Source: an uncultured Gammaproteobacteria bacterium
GTDB lineage: Bacteria; Patescibacteriota; Patescibacteriia; CAYZDG01
Direction of reading: 5' to 3'
Assembly: GCA_964536515.1 (NCBI GenBank)
Contig: CAZHXI010000005.1
Span: forward strand, 2,178-66,177
DNA: 64,000 bases
Part shown: positions 60,497-64,000 of the stretch, in pieces
Numbering within the stretch: the stretch's first letter is position 1
How the letters are laid out: each line of letters begins with the position of its first letter
The notes under the pieces: generated by a model
Database searches by the model: none
Told to the model about the DNA's origin: nothing
The model's input: only the letters and a program-made list of their open reading frames with translations
Position numbers and translations under genes: made by a program

Positions 60497-61834
60497 CTAG
60501 CGTCCGCTGGCTCCCCCGACAAGCCGCCCCAACTCCTCGTGCAGCACGGCCCGGTCATCCCACGGCTGCTTGCGGCCGTTCTCCCAGCATATGTACTGCT
60601 CGCTCGCCTTGCCGGTTACAACCACCAAGTCCCCCGCCTGCGCCAGAGCTACCGCCCGCCGGATAGCCAGGCGACGGTCTGGCTCCACCACCACCTCTGC
60701 CCTGCCGCCGACCGTGCCCGCTACCACCTGATCTATTATCTGCTGCGGGTCTTCGTCGTACGGATCTTCGGTGGTAACAATGGCTACGTCGGCGTAGCCA
60801 GCAACCATCTTGCCCAATATTGGCCGCCGAGATGCGTCTCGACCGCCGCCACAAGAACCGAACACGTGGATCACCTTGCCGTGCGGGATGCGGCCGATTG
60901 CTTCCTGCAGCTGCTTCATGCTCTCCGGCTCGGGGGCGTAGTCCACCATGGCGGTAAAGCTCTGCCCCGCCTCGATACGCTCCATGCGCCCGGGCATAGA
61001 CTTGAGCTCGGCCACGCCCACGGCGCAGGCCTCCAAACCCACACCCAATGCTCGACCGACAGCGACCGCTGCCAGGGCATTGTAGACGTTGAACTGGCCG
61101 CCCATGTTCACCTGGAACCGCTGGCCATCTGCGGTAAAGGACGATGACCACGGCTGGATAGATACGTCGGACGCGATCAGATCCATTGGTAGGGGCGAGG
61201 CGCACCTCGCCCCTACAGAATTCACGCCGAACCCGATTCTGTTATCTGCCGGGAACCCCATAAAATACCCGGCGTGCTGGTCGTCCACGTTGGCTACAAT
61301 CACCTTGGGCTGCTTCTTGCCGCCGAGGATCTTACGCGGCATCTGGGTAAGGTGGCGGAACAGCATGCCCTTGGCCTTCTTGTAGTTCTCGAACCCGCCG
61401 TGCCGCTCGATGTGCTCGGGCGTTAGATTGGTGAACACGGCCACGTCGAAGTTTATGCCGCTGTGGCGGTACTGAATTAGCCCCTCGGACGAAATCTCCA
61501 GCACGGCGTAGCGGCAGCCGTTGGCCACCATCTTGCGCATGGTGCGCTGCAGGTGGAACCGGCCGGGGGTGGTAAGCTTCCAGGCGTTAATCCACTCTCG
61601 CTCGCCGTCGTACACGTTGGCGGTAGAAACGAAGCCGACCTTGCCCGCCTGGCCCAGCACCTTGGCGATGTAGTTGACCGTGGTGCTCTTGCCGTTCGTC
61701 CCCGTAACGCCCACTACGATAAGCTGCCGCGACGGGAAGCCGAAGCGCACCGCACCAGCCCACGCCTCCAGCCAGTGGAAGGCGGATACCGCCCACCGGG
61801 GCGAAAGCTTACGCGCAAATGAGACCAGGCCCAT
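60497..61834 (-). CDS. murE: UDP-N-acetylmuramoyl-tripeptide synthetase
   Basis: GVTGTNGKST, TTP, E.SS, FTNLT.EH, PGRME, DYA, FG..GG.RD..RR, GK. Confidence 0.93.
   Translation of the reverse strand: MGLVSFARKLSPRWAVSAFHWLEAWAGAVRFGFPSRQLIVVGVTGTNGKSTTVNYIAKVLGQAGKVGFVSTANVYDGEREWINAWKLTTPGRFHLQRTMRKMVANGCRYAVLEISSEGLIQYRHSGINFDVAVFTNLTPEHIERHGGFENYKKAKGMLFRHLTQMPRKILGGKKQPKVIVANVDDQHAGYFMGFPADNRIGFGVNSVGARCASPLPMDLIASDVSIQPWSSSFTADGQRFQVNMGGQFNVYNALAAVAVGRALGVGLEACAVGVAELKSMPGRMERIEAGQSFTAMVDYAPEPESMKQLQEAIGRIPHGKVIHVFGSCGGGRDASRRPILGKMVAGYADVAIVTTEDPYDEDPQQIIDQVVAGTVGGRAEVVVEPDRRLAIRRAVALAQAGDLVVVTGKASEQYICWENGRKQPWDDRAVLHEELGRLVGGASGR
61189..61216. repeat. GTAG-type REP palindrome inside murE
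   Basis: gtaggggcgagg-cgca-cctcgcccctac, read as VGARCASPL. Confidence 0.75.
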
Positions 61835-61877
61835 ATATCCGCTCTACCCTAGCACCGGTACATTTTTCAGACAAAAG

Positions 61878-61904
61878 AGAAAGCCCGCGCGAACGGGGCT
61901 TTCT
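61878..61904 (-). terminator. intrinsic terminator
   Basis: agaaagccc...gggctttct followed on the minus strand by cttttgt. Confidence 0.7.
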
Positions 61905-61987
61905 GGTTGTTGGGTCAACTCTCTCGAGTGCACAATTGTTCAGAGCAGCTGCCTCGGTACAGAGTTGCGCTTTGTTCGGCTCGTGTG

Positions 61988-62029
61988 CTAGTTGCTGCTC
62001 GTCAACGAGGTACCATCTCGGGTACGCAT
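61988..62029 (-). CDS. candidate micro-ORF MRTRDGTSLTSSN
   Basis: AAGGAG SD 7 nt before ATG; TATACT -10 at 62114-62119. Confidence 0.3.
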   Translation of the reverse strand: MRTRDGTSLTSSN

Positions 62030-62247
62030 GTTTGGCTCCTTACCTGCGAAGCAGGCAGCTGTACGGTTCTGCTGTAATCGTCCCCAATTTGAGACCGATG
62101 CTAATGGCTCAAGAGTATACCCAGGTCTAACGTTCGACAATGGGGTGGTGGGAGGCGCTTCGCGCGCCCCCCACGATTGTTCGCCACGTTAAGTGGCGGG
62201 CCAGCGGTCGTTCTCTGAACGCAGGCTCTAAGTCTTTCGTCTTTGAC

Positions 62248-62295
62248 CTAGGAGCTGCTGTCGAAACGACGGCTGGCGGCTTGCAACTGAAGCAT
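62248..62295 (-). CDS. candidate micro-ORF MLQLQAASRRFDSSS
   Basis: AGGAG SD 7 nt before ATG; promoter at 62354-62382. Confidence 0.3.
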   Translation of the reverse strand: MLQLQAASRRFDSSS

Positions 62296-62353
62296 GGTCT
62301 TTCTCCTGAAACGGTGAACCTTGCTTGTACCCGCCTACGAGGACGGTACGAAC

Positions 62354-62382
62354 AATCTAGCTCCCACCGTGGAGTCCGTCAA
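62354..62382 (-). promoter_or_regulatory. sigma70 promoter
   Basis: TTGACG-17 nt-TAGATT. Confidence 0.6.
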
Positions 62383-62397
62383 TATGGAAAAACTAGC

Positions 62398-63126
62398 CTA
62401 GCTCGATGCCAGTATCTTCTCGGCCGTGGTTATATCCTCCGGCCGACCGAAGTCCTGCCAGTAGTCGTCCAGCGGTACTACCTTCATCTGCCCCGCCTCG
62501 GCCAAAGCCTGCACCGCATCGGTCAGCTCGTACTCGCCCCGGAGCGAAACCTGCTGCGGCAGCACGTCGAACACACGGGGGGTAAATCGGTACAACCCGG
62601 CGTTAATGCGATCTCCCAAGAATTCAGACGGCTTCTCGACTATCTTGGTCACCGTGCCAGATTCGTCGGATAGCACCACGCCGTAGCGCTCGGGGTGGGG
62701 ATGCGTGAGCGTGGCGATGTAGCTGCTGCCAGCCGGAGCGGCGATGACCTTCTGCAGGTCGCGAACCGAGAACAGGTTGTCGCCGTACACCGCCAGGAAC
62801 TCCCGGTCGCCTACCTCGGGCTTCGCCGCCTCCATTGCCAGCGCCGTGCCGTACCGCTCCTCGCCCAGGCGCTGGAACTGGTTGACCAGCTTCACGTTGA
62901 AGGCGGGGCCGTGCATCTGCACAAACTCCTCCATGGCTGGGAAGTGGTGCCCGCCCACGACCACGATCTCCTGGATACCGGCCTGCTGCAGCCGGTCCAG
63001 CAGGTAGAACAAAAAGGGCTGGCCGTTCACCTCTATCAGGTGCTTGGGCTTGGCCCCGGCGAGATCACCCATGCGGGTGCCCCGGCCGGCGGCGGCGACT
63101 ACGGCAACGGTGACGTTGTTTGGCAT
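62398..63126 (-). CDS. sugar-phosphate nucleotidyltransferase (RmlA/GlmU-like)
   Basis: AAGRGTRM...PK, GTA, YGD, YGVV, IVEKP, RGEYELTD, W.DFG. Confidence 0.9.
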   Translation of the reverse strand: MPNNVTVAVVAAAGRGTRMGDLAGAKPKHLIEVNGQPFLFYLLDRLQQAGIQEIVVVGGHHFPAMEEFVQMHGPAFNVKLVNQFQRLGEERYGTALAMEAAKPEVGDREFLAVYGDNLFSVRDLQKVIAAPAGSSYIATLTHPHPERYGVVLSDESGTVTKIVEKPSEFLGDRINAGLYRFTPRVFDVLPQQVSLRGEYELTDAVQALAEAGQMKVVPLDDYWQDFGRPEDITTAEKILASS

Positions 63127-63149
63127 ACCGGGAACCTTACCAAAACCAT

Positions 63150-63177
63150 GTAGAGACGCAATGCATTGCGTCTCTAC
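63150..63177. repeat. GTAG-type REP palindrome
   Basis: gtagagacgcaatgcattgcgtctctac, perfect palindrome, intergenic. Confidence 0.8.
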
Positions 63178-63202
63178 CCCAAAATCGAACGCCGCCGCCG
63201 TT

Positions 63203-64000
63203 CTACGCCCTACCCCTCAACCTTCGATACATTCTGTAGAGGTGGTACCAGCCCGGCTGCTGCACCAGATCGTACGCACCAACGTACTCCTCGGCGTAGC
63301 CACCGAAGCCCTCCTTGAAGCGGGTGAAGCCGGCCCACGGGTGCCTGGGCTGGTTGGCTGGCGCTATGCCCCAGAAGTCGTAGTAGCGGTAGCCCAGCTC
63401 GCGGGCATTGAGCGCCATGCGCCACTGCAACAGGTGGGGTGCCATCAGGTGCTTGAAGGCGGGGTCGCTGGCGCCGTGGACGTATGTAACGGTGTCGCCC
63501 CAGTGGACCGAGATGGCAGCGGCCAGCGGCGGCTCACCCTCCTGGCCAGCCACCCACAGCTCGGCTGCGGGGTTGCCGTTCTCGCCGTCTAGCATTCGCA
63601 GCATCCGTCGGTAGTGGGCCTCGTCGTGCAGGCTGAAGCCGTGACGATCGGCGGTGAGGGCGGCGAGCCGCGTGAACGTAGCGATCCCACGATCGCTGTT
63701 CTCCTCACGCCACGCCGTAATGCTGTGGCGCTCTGCCAGGCCAATGTTGTAGCGGGTCTTGGGGTGCATCTTGGCTAGAAGCTGCTGCGGCTCGTTGGCG
63801 AGGTCTAGCACCTGCGTCCGCGCCGGCTGCACGCTGCCCGCTGGCACCATGCTCAATGAGCGGAGCATGCCGGCGGCGCTCGGCGGCACGGCGGGCTCCA
63901 GCCTTACCGCCAGCTCTAGCCGCGGCGTTGCCTCGGCTATCCTGCGGCAGCCACCTAAGATTGTTGCAATCGCCTCGCGCCTCGCGTTGATAGGCCACTC
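63203..64000 (-). CDS. FemABX/MurM-type peptidoglycan aminoacyltransferase (5' truncated by window)
   Basis: K.RYNI.LA, Y.HGAS, LLQW, YDFWGI, GFTRFKEGFGG; frame open to window edge. Confidence 0.9.
   Translation of the reverse strand, partial: EWPINARREAIATILGGCRRIAEATPRLELAVRLEPAVPPSAAGMLRSLSMVPAGSVQPARTQVLDLANEPQQLLAKMHPKTRYNIGLAERHSITAWREENSDRGIATFTRLAALTADRHGFSLHDEAHYRRMLRMLDGENGNPAAELWVAGQEGEPPLAAAISVHWGDTVTYVHGASDPAFKHLMAPHLLQWRMALNARELGYRYYDFWGIAPANQPRHPWAGFTRFKEGFGGYAEEYVGAYDLVQQPGWYHLYRMYRRLRGRA

Noticed and set aside
62140-62673. 177-aa plus-strand ORF
   Set aside because: Antisense to the nucleotidyltransferase and to clear minus-strand promoter/SD signals; no motif

Overview
A GC-rich bacterial chromosomal segment. 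Its gene content suggests a Patescibacteria (CPR) genome; this is inferred from the genes, not from a marker search. The housekeeping backbone is proS, valS, queA, tgt, ychF, tsaD, tsaE, pilT, murE, a FemABX transferase, Ca and Cu P-type ATPases and four tRNAs (Asn-GTT, Glu-TTC, Lys-CTT, Arg-TCG). Two ~10 kb minus-strand cell-surface cassettes interrupt it, and both end in the same dockerin-cohesin-cohesin gene trio. Cassette 1 (22.8-33.6 kb) looks like a WxL/DUF916-type fibre locus, with a small subunit and a 1325-aa duplicated adhesin whose C-terminal domain is paralogous to that subunit. Cassette 2 (38.9-49.0 kb) is the best novel-system candidate: its own tatC-tatA-tatA translocase is encoded with a perfect twin-arginine substrate and a signal-less 944-aa beta-propeller/repeat protein. 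Other oddities are a Com-like zinc ribbon fused to PAS next to a stand-alone GAF, promoter/terminator-bounded intergenic transcripts with tiny ORFs sharing AGCAGC, pervasive leaderless starts, REP palindromes inserted in frame in genes, palindromic elements at tRNA 3' ends, and a ValRS with an inserted histidine-phosphatase domain.
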